Shown here one piece after another: positions 31,525 to 40,415 of a stretch of 64,000 nucleotides of DNA. The notes under the pieces are model-generated. The model worked only from the letters and a program-made list of their open reading frames with translations, did no database searches and was not told the DNA's origin. The stretch is taken from positions 2,108,001-2,172,000 of the forward strand of contig VRMN01000001.1 of NCBI GenBank assembly GCA_008690995.1, in the 5' to 3' direction. Position 1 is the stretch's first letter, and each line of letters opens with the position of its first letter. Source of the DNA: Porphyridium purpureum (lineage: Eukaryota). Both the position numbers and the translations under genes were made by a program.

Positions 31525-33705
31525 ATGACGCGGCTGGTGCAGGTGCGTGCGTTATGCGGGTCGTGTCACGCCGCGGTGAGCGCGTGGTTCTGCGCGCAGC
31601 ACCGCGCCGCGCTGTGCGAAAAGTGCGAGGCGCACTTGCATTCTAAGCGCGGGCTGTCGCAGAACTCACACCGGCGGTCTCACGGCTTCGCTTCCCCCGC
31701 CGGAGAGTCGTCTTCCGCGCACGGTAAAGTTAGCAGCCCTCCTATCGTAGGCCATGGCAGCGAGTCTGGCATGGCGCGCGACCGCGCGGGCACTGGGCTC
31801 GCGGGCGCGTCGCCGTGGTTCGAAGTCCAGGCGATTGCGGACCCGAAGACTGCAATGGATCATTTTCCGCCGAGCCTTGCACAGACGGTTGAAGCGGGGA
31901 AAGCTGCCGGGCGCGTGCTGGCTGCCGGCACGGCGGTTGAGCCCGCACAAGCCAGCGGTGGGAATCTTGATGGCCACCCACACTCTCAAAACTCTGCATA
32001 TGTCAAGACTGCTTTCTCACCGACCTTCAAGCGCCCCATCGATGAAGGGAACTCCTTGAGGACACAGGCATGTAAACAAACGAGCGTCATCGAAAAGGGG
32101 GACTTGGTACCGATTTCAAGCCTGCAAACCTCTGCACCTTGGCTAATTCAACAGCATCCGCAGGAGGAAAAGCAGGAGCATCGAAGTCGCCCGGAACAGC
32201 GGGGAGAGCAGAACCCGTACAGTGACTCGCATGACCAGCAAAGTCAGCAAAGGATGCAGCAGCAGCAGCAGCAACAACAACAAGAACATCACTATCACGG
32301 GCGTATGCAGCAGCAGGGGCAGCGGGAGGTACAACTACACAAAGAACAGTTGCAAGAAGAGCAGCAACCGGCAATGGTCTGTTCTCATGCACCGGCAGCA
32401 GCGCATTCGCCTTCCAATGGTACCGAGCAGTCGCACACGGTGATTCCAATGAGCAAGATTTTCGTATCGCTCATGATCTGCGAGTTTTGCGACTGGAGAC
32501 CTGCTGCTGTATACTGCGAGTCTGAATCAGTGACCATGTGCCGAAAGTGCGACAAGTTCTTCCATTCGGGGCACGAGGCATGCCTGCATTTGCGACGGCC
32601 CATTTCAGTCACGCAAATGCAGCGCTCAGTCACTTTGCTCGGTTACGAATCGCCGTCGCCGTCTTCGTCCAGCTCGGCGGACGAGAAGGATTACGTGCTG
32701 GAGTCAGATGATGGCAGCGTTGTTGAACCACCGAGCTCGCCTCCAAGCTCGCTGGTGAACGAATCCATGGACGGAGTTGTTGAGCGGGCGATCGATGTGA
32801 TACAAGCGCCCAACCATGACCTGCCAGATTCGGCGCGCGCGTTTGACGCACAGAAGCGTGCCATGCAGGTGATGGCTGAGCGCGCTGCTCAAAAGCACCG
32901 CCAGCACAATGCTGAAAACAAGCGACACGTCACGAAAAAGAGACGCACAGACCACCACATGCGTAATGTCACCGCAACGTCGCCTAATATTGTGATCGAC
33001 GAAGCGTCGGGTGTTGTACGGCAAACGCGCACAGGCGGTGCCGCCAGTAATGCAGGTGGAAGCGGTGGAGATGGATCGGAGCCAACCGCCTCTTCATTGC
33101 CGCAGCGCGATCCGGCTTCCAGTGGCAACGATACGCGGACCAGTGGGCAGTCCAATTCGGGCAATAATGCTGCGTCAGGTGGCTCGGGAACAGGTGGGTC
33201 TGGAACGGGAAGGGGGTTTGGGACTGGTGGCTCTGGCACCGGCGGTTCCGGCACAGGCGGTTCATTGGCCACAGACGGTTTAGAAACCGTGAAGGGCTCT
33301 GCAAGCAAACCGCCGCGACACTCTCTAGGCCAGAACCACAGTCGTAGCGGCAGTGGAAGCGGCAGTGGAAGTGGCAAAGACGGTGGCAGCGACTCTGGCG
33401 GCAGTGGTAGTGGTAGCGGCAGTAGAAGTGGTCGTGCAGGACCCGCGCACAGCAGTGGCAGCGGGAACAGCCGGACAGGCAGTGGAACTGTTAGTGGTAG
33501 CGGTAGTAGAACCGGTAGTGGCAGCGGCAGCGGCAGCGGCAGCGGCAGCGGTCGAGCCAGTGGGAACGGCTCAGGAAGTGCCAGTGCTAGTGCAAGTGCA
33601 AGTGCAAGTAACGGCATGAGCAGCCAGAGCCGGCGAGTGGAAAGCTTGAGCAGTGGTGCCGTCTCAGCGAAGATGATGCCTCCGTCAGACCAGGCTCCGC
33701 AGTGA
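31525..33705 (+). CDS. B-box zinc-finger protein (two separated B-boxes, poly-Q, Gly/Ser tail)
   Basis: CGSCHAAVSAWFCAQHRAALCEKCEAHLH and CEFCDWRPAAVYCESESVTMCRKCDKFFH...HLRRPI, plus a basic KKRR motif. Confidence 0.85.
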   Translation: MTRLVQVRALCGSCHAAVSAWFCAQHRAALCEKCEAHLHSKRGLSQNSHRRSHGFASPAGESSSAHGKVSSPPIVGHGSESGMARDRAGTGLAGASPWFEVQAIADPKTAMDHFPPSLAQTVEAGKAAGRVLAAGTAVEPAQASGGNLDGHPHSQNSAYVKTAFSPTFKRPIDEGNSLRTQACKQTSVIEKGDLVPISSLQTSAPWLIQQHPQEEKQEHRSRPEQRGEQNPYSDSHDQQSQQRMQQQQQQQQQEHHYHGRMQQQGQREVQLHKEQLQEEQQPAMVCSHAPAAAHSPSNGTEQSHTVIPMSKIFVSLMICEFCDWRPAAVYCESESVTMCRKCDKFFHSGHEACLHLRRPISVTQMQRSVTLLGYESPSPSSSSSADEKDYVLESDDGSVVEPPSSPPSSLVNESMDGVVERAIDVIQAPNHDLPDSARAFDAQKRAMQVMAERAAQKHRQHNAENKRHVTKKRRTDHHMRNVTATSPNIVIDEASGVVRQTRTGGAASNAGGSGGDGSEPTASSLPQRDPASSGNDTRTSGQSNSGNNAASGGSGTGGSGTGRGFGTGGSGTGGSGTGGSLATDGLETVKGSASKPPRHSLGQNHSRSGSGSGSGSGKDGGSDSGGSGSGSGSRSGRAGPAHSSGSGNSRTGSGTVSGSGSRTGSGSGSGSGSGSGRASGNGSGSASASASASASNGMSSQSRRVESLSSGAVSAKMMPPSDQAPQ

Positions 33706-33973
33706 CACAAATTGTATTAGTAGATAGGATAAAAGAAAAGGCCAGCGTCTGCGAGCTGGCAGCAAGCGCTTGGGCCGGTTTTGGTGCAACCCATGGGCCG
33801 CGCGAGCGGCCAAGTTGGGACATGCTATTCGTGCAGGTTTCAGACGTTCTTGTCTTCGAGAACGTGTCCCAAAATTTTTATCATAGAGAGTTCTTTGGAG
33901 TTGAAAAAAAAAGGAGTCGGAAATCTTTCGAAAGGCGCCGAGGGCGAAGCAACTTGGCGGCACGCGGTGGTCG

Positions 33974-35203
33974 GTGGCGGGGAAGGAGCGAGCTGGAGAA
34001 GAAGCGCTTTCCACCGCGGCCTTCCGTGGGATGCAGAACAAGTCGGCTTCCGCGTTGGACGGGGCGGACGCGGCGGACGCGGCACAGCCACACAGTAGCA
34101 GCACGTACGAGTTTCGCTTTAGGACAACCGGGCTAGCAACGCCGTGCGCGACACCCGTGATGATGCGGCGCGTTCGCCTGGGAGGGAATGGCTCCCGGGA
34201 TGCCGCGTGGTCTCCGGATTTCAACACGTCGCCACCACCGCCGGCCGCGCTGTCGCGCTTCCTGCAGCTCGCGCTCCATGACGAAAAAGGCAACGAGACG
34301 GCAAGCTTGCGAGCATGGGAAAAACAGAACAGTGCATCGGCTTCTGCAGTGCCAAATCGTCTCCCAGCGAAACCCAGAAGCAGTCTGCCGTCCAATTTCT
34401 TTGCGCTGAATTCGACAGGCAGCAGCGACGTGTTTTCGATTGAAACGGCTGGTACAAAGAGGAGAGTTGGGGCTCTTCGGAGCGTGTTTGACTCTGAAGA
34501 CGAGCTGCTCACTGATAACTTTCGAACCGCGAAACGCTTCGCGGCTGCGCAGCTTGCGTCGGATATGTCAAGCTTGAGTCTTGATGCACGCGCCGAAGAG
34601 TCAGACACGGACAAGGAGGGAGGCGCCGACGACTCTGACGGTGATATTTCGTCATGTACCGCTTCAGTTGCGGCGTCGCGGCCTCGGCATGGCATACTGG
34701 TCTCAAGAAAACGAAGCTCGCGTGTGTCGTCACCTCTCGCATCGTTCCGCATGCAAAGCCGCTCGCGCGGCCCTCTCCGGCATTTGGTTGCACCATCGTC
34801 GCCATCGTCATCCGAGCGATCGGATAGATATTATGAGGCGCTTGCAACGGCGTCAGGGCCGCTGTATTCTTCTGAGACTTCAATACTTGTGTACCGCCCA
34901 CCTGTTATGAGGTGCCCTGTGGTCGATGACGCGGCCAGCACTTTGAGCGAGGAGCTCGAGACGCGACCTGTGAGGCTGCATTCTTCGCTCGCGCACACAG
35001 AATGGCAAACGGGCGTCGTACACGCGGTCCAGTACGCTTCGGCCGGAACAGGCAGAACTTGTAGCTCGCCGGAACCCGGTGTGGGCCGGCCAGCAAAGGA
35101 CGACGAGGAATTGGACGACGCGTCGGCTCTTTCACCACGACACGAGAGACCACAGCAACACCAATATACATGCATTGTGTCGTATCATCCTCAGTGCCCG
35201 TAG
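33974..35203 (+). CDS. Hypothetical Ser-rich protein
   Basis: 409-codon ORF with no recognised domain; start uncertain. Confidence 0.5.
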   Translation: MAGKERAGEEALSTAAFRGMQNKSASALDGADAADAAQPHSSSTYEFRFRTTGLATPCATPVMMRRVRLGGNGSRDAAWSPDFNTSPPPPAALSRFLQLALHDEKGNETASLRAWEKQNSASASAVPNRLPAKPRSSLPSNFFALNSTGSSDVFSIETAGTKRRVGALRSVFDSEDELLTDNFRTAKRFAAAQLASDMSSLSLDARAEESDTDKEGGADDSDGDISSCTASVAASRPRHGILVSRKRSSRVSSPLASFRMQSRSRGPLRHLVAPSSPSSSERSDRYYEALATASGPLYSSETSILVYRPPVMRCPVVDDAASTLSEELETRPVRLHSSLAHTEWQTGVVHAVQYASAGTGRTCSSPEPGVGRPAKDDEELDDASALSPRHERPQQHQYTCIVSYHPQCP

Positions 35204-35242
35204 CTGGACGTGACACGCGTCAAGGAAAAGGAGAGAATAAAC

Positions 35243-36388
35243 ATGGTAGTAGCCGACGAGGTGGTGTTCGTGGCACCAGAGCGCATAGAGGTGCGCGTGC
35301 GTGATCTGGACGTTGCCGATGCGGACGTGACGCGTGAGGGAAGCGAACATGTGCTGATCGAGACCGCGTATTCGGCGATCAGCGCCGGTACGGAAATGCT
35401 TCTGTACAAGGGTCTGATGCCGGCCGATGTGCCCCTGGATGCCGTGTTCTCCCATGCGCAGGCGGCTGCATCGCGCTACCCCGTGCGGTATGGCTATGCG
35501 TTGGTTGGGCACCTATCGCCAGGCGGCCAGCGCGTGTTTGCGTTTCTTCCGCACGCGTCGCGCGCCAAAGTGCGTCACGACGAGCTCGGGACCAGCGTGC
35601 TTGACATCCCACACGGTGTGAGCATGCTTGACGGCTTGCTAATGCCGAATGTGGAGACCGCCCTCAGCGTGGTGATGGATGCGCAGCTCGAGCCCGGTGC
35701 GCGCGTGGCCGTGTTTGGACAGGGCGTTGTAGGCTTGCTCACCGCCGCAGTCATCAAAACATGTTATCCGATGGTGCATGTATCCGCAGTGGATGTAGAT
35801 GTGTCGCGACTGCGCAGGGGTCAAGATCTCGGATGGGTCGACCAGGCTGTTCCCGTGACGACCGAGACGAGCCCCGCGCAGGCTCGAGAGCAGCTGTCGA
35901 GTCCCGACGGTCGAGCCCCAGACGTCTGCATTGAGGTGTCAGGCAACCCACGCGCATTGGACTTGTGCCTTGAGAGTGTGGCTGACCACGGCCGCATCGT
36001 ACTCGCGTCATGGTACGGCAACAAGCACGTGGAACTGCACCGGCTGGGGGCGCGCTTCCATCGCAGTCACGTGACGCTCGTCGCATCACAAGTTTCTACG
36101 CTGCCTGCGTCCCTGCTGGGCCGCTGGGACAAGAAGCGGCGGATGGAATTGGTGTGGCGTCTAGTGGCACTCATCCGCCCGTCGCAGCTGATTTCCCACT
36201 TTGCGCGTATTGAGCACGCACAGGAGCTGTACAAGTTGACGGCGCGCTCTGAAGCGCTACAGGGCGTGCTGGAGTACAAACATGAAATTAGGGACGACAC
36301 GGAACGAGAGGAGCGCGACACGCTTCGTGCGAGCACAACTCAAATTTCTTGGAAGCGCCGACGAGTCGAACCAGATTCCGAAAAGTAA
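35243..36388 (+). CDS. Medium-chain dehydrogenase/reductase (bacterial 2-desacetyl-2-hydroxyethyl bacteriochlorophyllide dehydrogenase-like group)
   Basis: SAISAGTEMLLYKG, YPVRYGYALVG, RVFAFLPHAS, VFGQGVVGLL, IEVSGNP and LASWYG...FHRSHVTLVASQV. Confidence 0.85.
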   Translation: MVVADEVVFVAPERIEVRVRDLDVADADVTREGSEHVLIETAYSAISAGTEMLLYKGLMPADVPLDAVFSHAQAAASRYPVRYGYALVGHLSPGGQRVFAFLPHASRAKVRHDELGTSVLDIPHGVSMLDGLLMPNVETALSVVMDAQLEPGARVAVFGQGVVGLLTAAVIKTCYPMVHVSAVDVDVSRLRRGQDLGWVDQAVPVTTETSPAQAREQLSSPDGRAPDVCIEVSGNPRALDLCLESVADHGRIVLASWYGNKHVELHRLGARFHRSHVTLVASQVSTLPASLLGRWDKKRRMELVWRLVALIRPSQLISHFARIEHAQELYKLTARSEALQGVLEYKHEIRDDTEREERDTLRASTTQISWKRRRVEPDSEK

Positions 36389-36924
36389 GCGATGGTGGAG
36401 GCCGTGTCCTGCGAGCAGCCACGTTGGATGAAAGTCTCGGACACGCATAGTATGCGTTTTCAGCTTGGTGCGCTTCGCAAGACATGGGCAAGATCAGTGC
36501 ACTAGGTCGGTTCCGCACGAACAAACACACACGACGGGCGCGTGTACTGCTGGTCTGTCCTGATCTGCGGATCCTTTTGACCATCGTCCGACTGCATTCG
36601 CACATCGTATGTAGCAGTCTGGCGTGCCGTGGGATTAGACAGCTAGAACAGCGTGCGCACTAGCCGATTGCCTTCCGCGACGAGTTGTGCGTCTGTGTGA
36701 CAGCGCTAAACATACTACCCCCCCGTTGTCTCGCAGATGCTGCATTATATAATCACGACGCAGTTATTTGCAGACATCCGACACCCGGGCAGAGCTGGCA
36801 CGACAGCCAATAAAGCTGGCGACAAGTCGAAGGCTTGGTAAGCGCCCTCTCCGCGCGGCGTCGCATTGGCCTCCCCAAAAACTTGGCCGGGATCCTTCCC
36901 CGGGAAATACAAAAAATTAACGCG

Positions 36925-36997
36925 TGGCTTGAGTCAGGATCGAACTGACGACCGCACGATCTTCAGTCGTGCGCTCTCCCAACTGAGCTATCAAGCC
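36925..36997 (-). tRNA. tRNA-Phe (GAA), intronless, 73 nt
   Basis: The reverse complement folds as GGCTTGA / GCTC-AGTTGGGA-GAGC / CACGA-CTGAAGA-TCGTG / GTCAG-TTCGATC-CTGAC / TCAAGCC-A. A T6 Pol III terminator follows at 36911-36916. Confidence 0.97.
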
Positions 36998-37248
36998 ATT
37001 TGCACATGCCAGGGAAGGGGAAAATCAATATTAAATATATATATTGTCTGAGTCGTTTTATCCAGGCTGTGGTTCGAGTGCGGAACTAAATTTAGTCGTT
37101 CATATGAACCAGGCGAGTGTGAAAGAAATCGGGGGTGGTGGCGGCTGTGGGGCGGTGTGGAGCAGGTGCAGAAGGAGAGGGAGGGAGGGAAGGAAAGGGA
37201 AGTGGGTGGGGTCGGAGGAGGAGGGGAAGGAAGGATCAGATATCCAGG

Positions 37249-37962
37249 ATGGAGATGATTCGCTCGCTGAGTGGGAAGAGAAAGGAGGACGATCCGAAAT
37301 GGCTGAAGAAGGAGCTTGCGCGGGTGGAGGCGACCGTTACGTACCAGCGGAAGCAGAACATGGACATGATGAACATCAACTCGACGGATGTGGGCAAGAA
37401 GGTCGAGCACAAGCAGCTCCAGGTGGAGAAGGAAAAGCTGGACATGCAAGAGGAGCAGCTCAGGGAAAAGTACAACGAGCTCGAGCGCGAGTATGAGCGC
37501 TGCGTCATGATGGTGGACCACCCAGAGGCCGCCGAGGCCAGTCTGTTTGCACTCGAGGACGCTTACACCCAGGCAAAGCTGCGCGAGACGCGCGCCGCCG
37601 CTGACTTTCACGACTACACGCGCACGATGCGCCTGCAGAACGAGCTGATTGTCACCAGCATCGAGCAACTGTACAAGGAAGGCCTTGAATTGCCCGAGGG
37701 ACTCGACAAGCTCGAGCCGTACAAGCCGCGCTACGTCGCTCTTCCAAAGGAAGACTTAGAGTCGCTATACAAGAAGCCGGAGGATATCTCGATCATTGAG
37801 CCCCTGCGCAGCGAGCGTTACTCGAAGAAAAGAGTCGCGGACCAGGCGCGCGCACAGGCGTCCGCTGGCTTTGCGCGCACAAAGACGGGGACGTTTACCG
37901 ACATAACACCGAACAAGGTATGGCGTGAAAACTCGTCGAGAAACTTGATTTACCGCGACTAG
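37249..37962 (+). CDS. Coiled-coil protein of unknown function
   Basis: Strong GC3 codon bias and heptad-rich helices (KQLQVEKEKLDMQEEQLREKYNELERE). Confidence 0.75.
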   Translation: MEMIRSLSGKRKEDDPKWLKKELARVEATVTYQRKQNMDMMNINSTDVGKKVEHKQLQVEKEKLDMQEEQLREKYNELEREYERCVMMVDHPEAAEASLFALEDAYTQAKLRETRAAADFHDYTRTMRLQNELIVTSIEQLYKEGLELPEGLDKLEPYKPRYVALPKEDLESLYKKPEDISIIEPLRSERYSKKRVADQARAQASAGFARTKTGTFTDITPNKVWRENSSRNLIYRD

Positions 37963-38389
37963 TGGGAGCGAGAGCATCTGCCGGAAGCGCTTGGGCCTCT
38001 TGACGGAAGCGCCATGGGTTTAGAAGAGCGAATCTGCATTTTTTTATTATTTTCGGAGTGGACGGGTTGCCGAGTGGAAGCAGTATCCGCGTGTCAAGTA
38101 GCCGAACGCGCACGCTTCACTGGTGGATAAAGGGTCGTCTAACGACAAGGGCGGCAAGGTCTTTTTCTTTCCAAGTAATAATTGGTAGGCTTGTCTGGAA
38201 ACGGAAGGAATGCCCGTACTTGATGACAAAAGAACCAATCCATTTGCCCGTGGCGGCTCTTGCAACGAAGTGCCGCCAAAGCGGCAGGCTATTCTTCTCG
38301 CTCAGTGGCCTAGGAGACGATCAGTGGTGCCAAAGTTGGGCGGGGACTCTCCACTTTGGTCCCAACGATAAATTCCTCGCACACTTAGT

Positions 38390-38767
38390 TCACCTCTGCG
38401 CATAAATGGAAACTATTTCGTGACTCGGCACAAGAACCAGCCCCATCCTTCTCGACACGTACTGCATTGGCGCCACACGGTTTTGCGCAGCCCTGTCCCC
38501 ACTGTTCACGACTTCTGCATCGCTGAAACCACTCTCAACGGCGCATGGCGCGTGCTCCTCAGCCACGCTCAGGAGGATATTGCGATGCGCGTCGAGACTC
38601 TCGAAACGGCCGATAATGATGCGCCCGTCACGCAGGTCAACTCGCATCGGCCGCAATAGCATTTTCCGCACATCGCCCTTTGGGTCGCTGGTCTGGTGCT
38701 CGGCATTCGGGCTCGCGGAGCTTTCCTCGCCCGCCCCTGCCGGCCCAAACACGTCAAAGTTTCGCAT
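38390..38767 (-). CDS. Sm-like (LSm) protein, LSMD1/NAA38-like
   Basis: Sm1 motif MRVDLRDGRIIIGRFESLDAHRNILLSVAEE and Sm2 motif RRMGLVLVPSHEIVSI. Confidence 0.82.
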   Translation of the reverse strand: MRNFDVFGPAGAGEESSASPNAEHQTSDPKGDVRKMLLRPMRVDLRDGRIIIGRFESLDAHRNILLSVAEEHAPCAVESGFSDAEVVNSGDRAAQNRVAPMQYVSRRMGLVLVPSHEIVSIYAQR

Positions 38768-38893
38768 AGCTCGGGAGCCGCGGTCCGTCCACGTTGACTG
38801 ACCCGCTCTGCATACGAGGACGCGCCGCTGTGGCCGAAATGCTCTGTCGTTGCTCGCAGTCTTTATTTATAGTTGTAAGGCCAGGCGCCTGCT

Positions 38894-40081
38894 TCATACT
38901 GGTGAGTAGACGCGGCCTGTGCTGGATGAACCCCGTCGACTGGATCGTATGGGCAGTAGCAAAGTGAAACAATCTAGCCAGCTCGCGCCACAGAATTGAC
39001 GAACGTTTTCTTGAACGCCAACGTCGTACACAGGGACATTCTTATACTTGCCCGGGTTGCTCAACTTCATGTTCTCTATTGTGGTCTGATTGACAGCGAT
39101 CAGGTAGAGGTTCCAGCCAAACAGTCCTCCCACAAACACCGTACTCACCAAGATAATAATACTACTGACTGGGACAAGGAAGCTACACGCCACCACGACG
39201 CGCTTTGAGACGAGCCTATGCATCTTGGGTTTCGACAAGTGCGCAAGGAAGCGGACCAAAACAATGCCGCACAGCACGCACGCACTCACGGTGTAGAATA
39301 AAAAGAGCACAAACGCCTTGTGGTTGTTCATACCGATGCAGTTGCTTACCCAGCCACAATGGTGGTCCATACGCGATACGCAGCGCTCACAAATCGAGCA
39401 GTGGTGCGCACGTGGTGGCTTGTGCACTTTACAATGCTTGCACACCTGATCGTGCGGCAAATGGCTCGTGTCTTGGACACCGGACGACGCTGCGGCTGCT
39501 GCGGCTGCTGGAAGTGCTGATAACACAGGAGCTGCACCTGGAGCTCCTGCCAAAGTTAGTGATTGTGTCGGCCGCTCTTCTTTGTCCTTTTCCCACTCGT
39601 TCACGCGGCCCGGATGGCTCAGCATAGTGACAAAGTAACACAGAAACTGCATCCCAATCACACCCCACACTGCCGCGAGCCAGCGACGCGACGCCACGGC
39701 ACTCTGCCATGGTGCCACGGGATCACTACTAAGACAAAGAGTCGCGGTACCACCAACCACTAAAACCAAGCCGATTACAAGGACCGCAAAGCATATTGAC
39801 TCGCCTTGCATAGCTTCCGGTCGCTCACAAAAGTCGCTCATGATCATGCCGCGCATCCCACAGTGCCGCCGCGCTGTCGCCCAGCACGAGGCGCCGTATG
39901 TACAGCCACCGCATTCACATTCGCATGCATCTTCTCTGCACAACGCCTGCTCGCACGCTTCCCACACCAGTTCGCAACTGTAGCTCATGCTATGGCGTAC
40001 GGCCGCGGAGGCACGCTCCCCGCACGCGCGAGACGCACCGTAACGAGTAGCGACTCGCGACCTCGCCAATAAAAGAGGCAC
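38894..40081 (-). CDS. DHHC protein S-acyltransferase
   Basis: CKHCKVHKPPRAHHCSICERCVSRMDHHCGWVSNCIG, four TM segments, NQTTIE and YDVG. The start may be an internal ATG. Confidence 0.94.
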   Translation of the reverse strand: MPLLLARSRVATRYGASRACGERASAAVRHSMSYSCELVWEACEQALCREDACECECGGCTYGASCWATARRHCGMRGMIMSDFCERPEAMQGESICFAVLVIGLVLVVGGTATLCLSSDPVAPWQSAVASRRWLAAVWGVIGMQFLCYFVTMLSHPGRVNEWEKDKEERPTQSLTLAGAPGAAPVLSALPAAAAAAASSGVQDTSHLPHDQVCKHCKVHKPPRAHHCSICERCVSRMDHHCGWVSNCIGMNNHKAFVLFLFYTVSACVLCGIVLVRFLAHLSKPKMHRLVSKRVVVACSFLVPVSSIIILVSTVFVGGLFGWNLYLIAVNQTTIENMKLSNPGKYKNVPVYDVGVQENVRQFCGASWLDCFTLLLPIRSSRRGSSSTGRVYSPV

Positions 40082-40415
40082 AGACCTGATCTGTGTGGTG
40101 CGGAGGTCTTACGTGACCGAGCCACATGCGAGTGGATTTGCACTCAAAACGAGACCGCGTTTGCGGTACGAGTTCAAGCTCGAGGAGCGCCCGCATCCTG
40201 GACCATGTGTGCATCACATTGACGAAGGCAAGAAGAGGGACATCGCGCCACACTGGGAGGTTGGCTGGTACAGGGCGGCTTTGCGAATTTACTGCCGACG
40301 CAACTAAATATGGACATCAACAAAAAAATTCAACGTTTGTACCGAAGCTCAGACAGAGACGATGATCTGCGCCAACTTAGCGAAAGTGGAGTACCATGCG
40401 AGCACAGAACCATCC

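Noticed and set aside
32889..33710. (LP)n ORF on the minus strand
   Set aside because: It is antisense to the (SG)n tail of the B-box gene.
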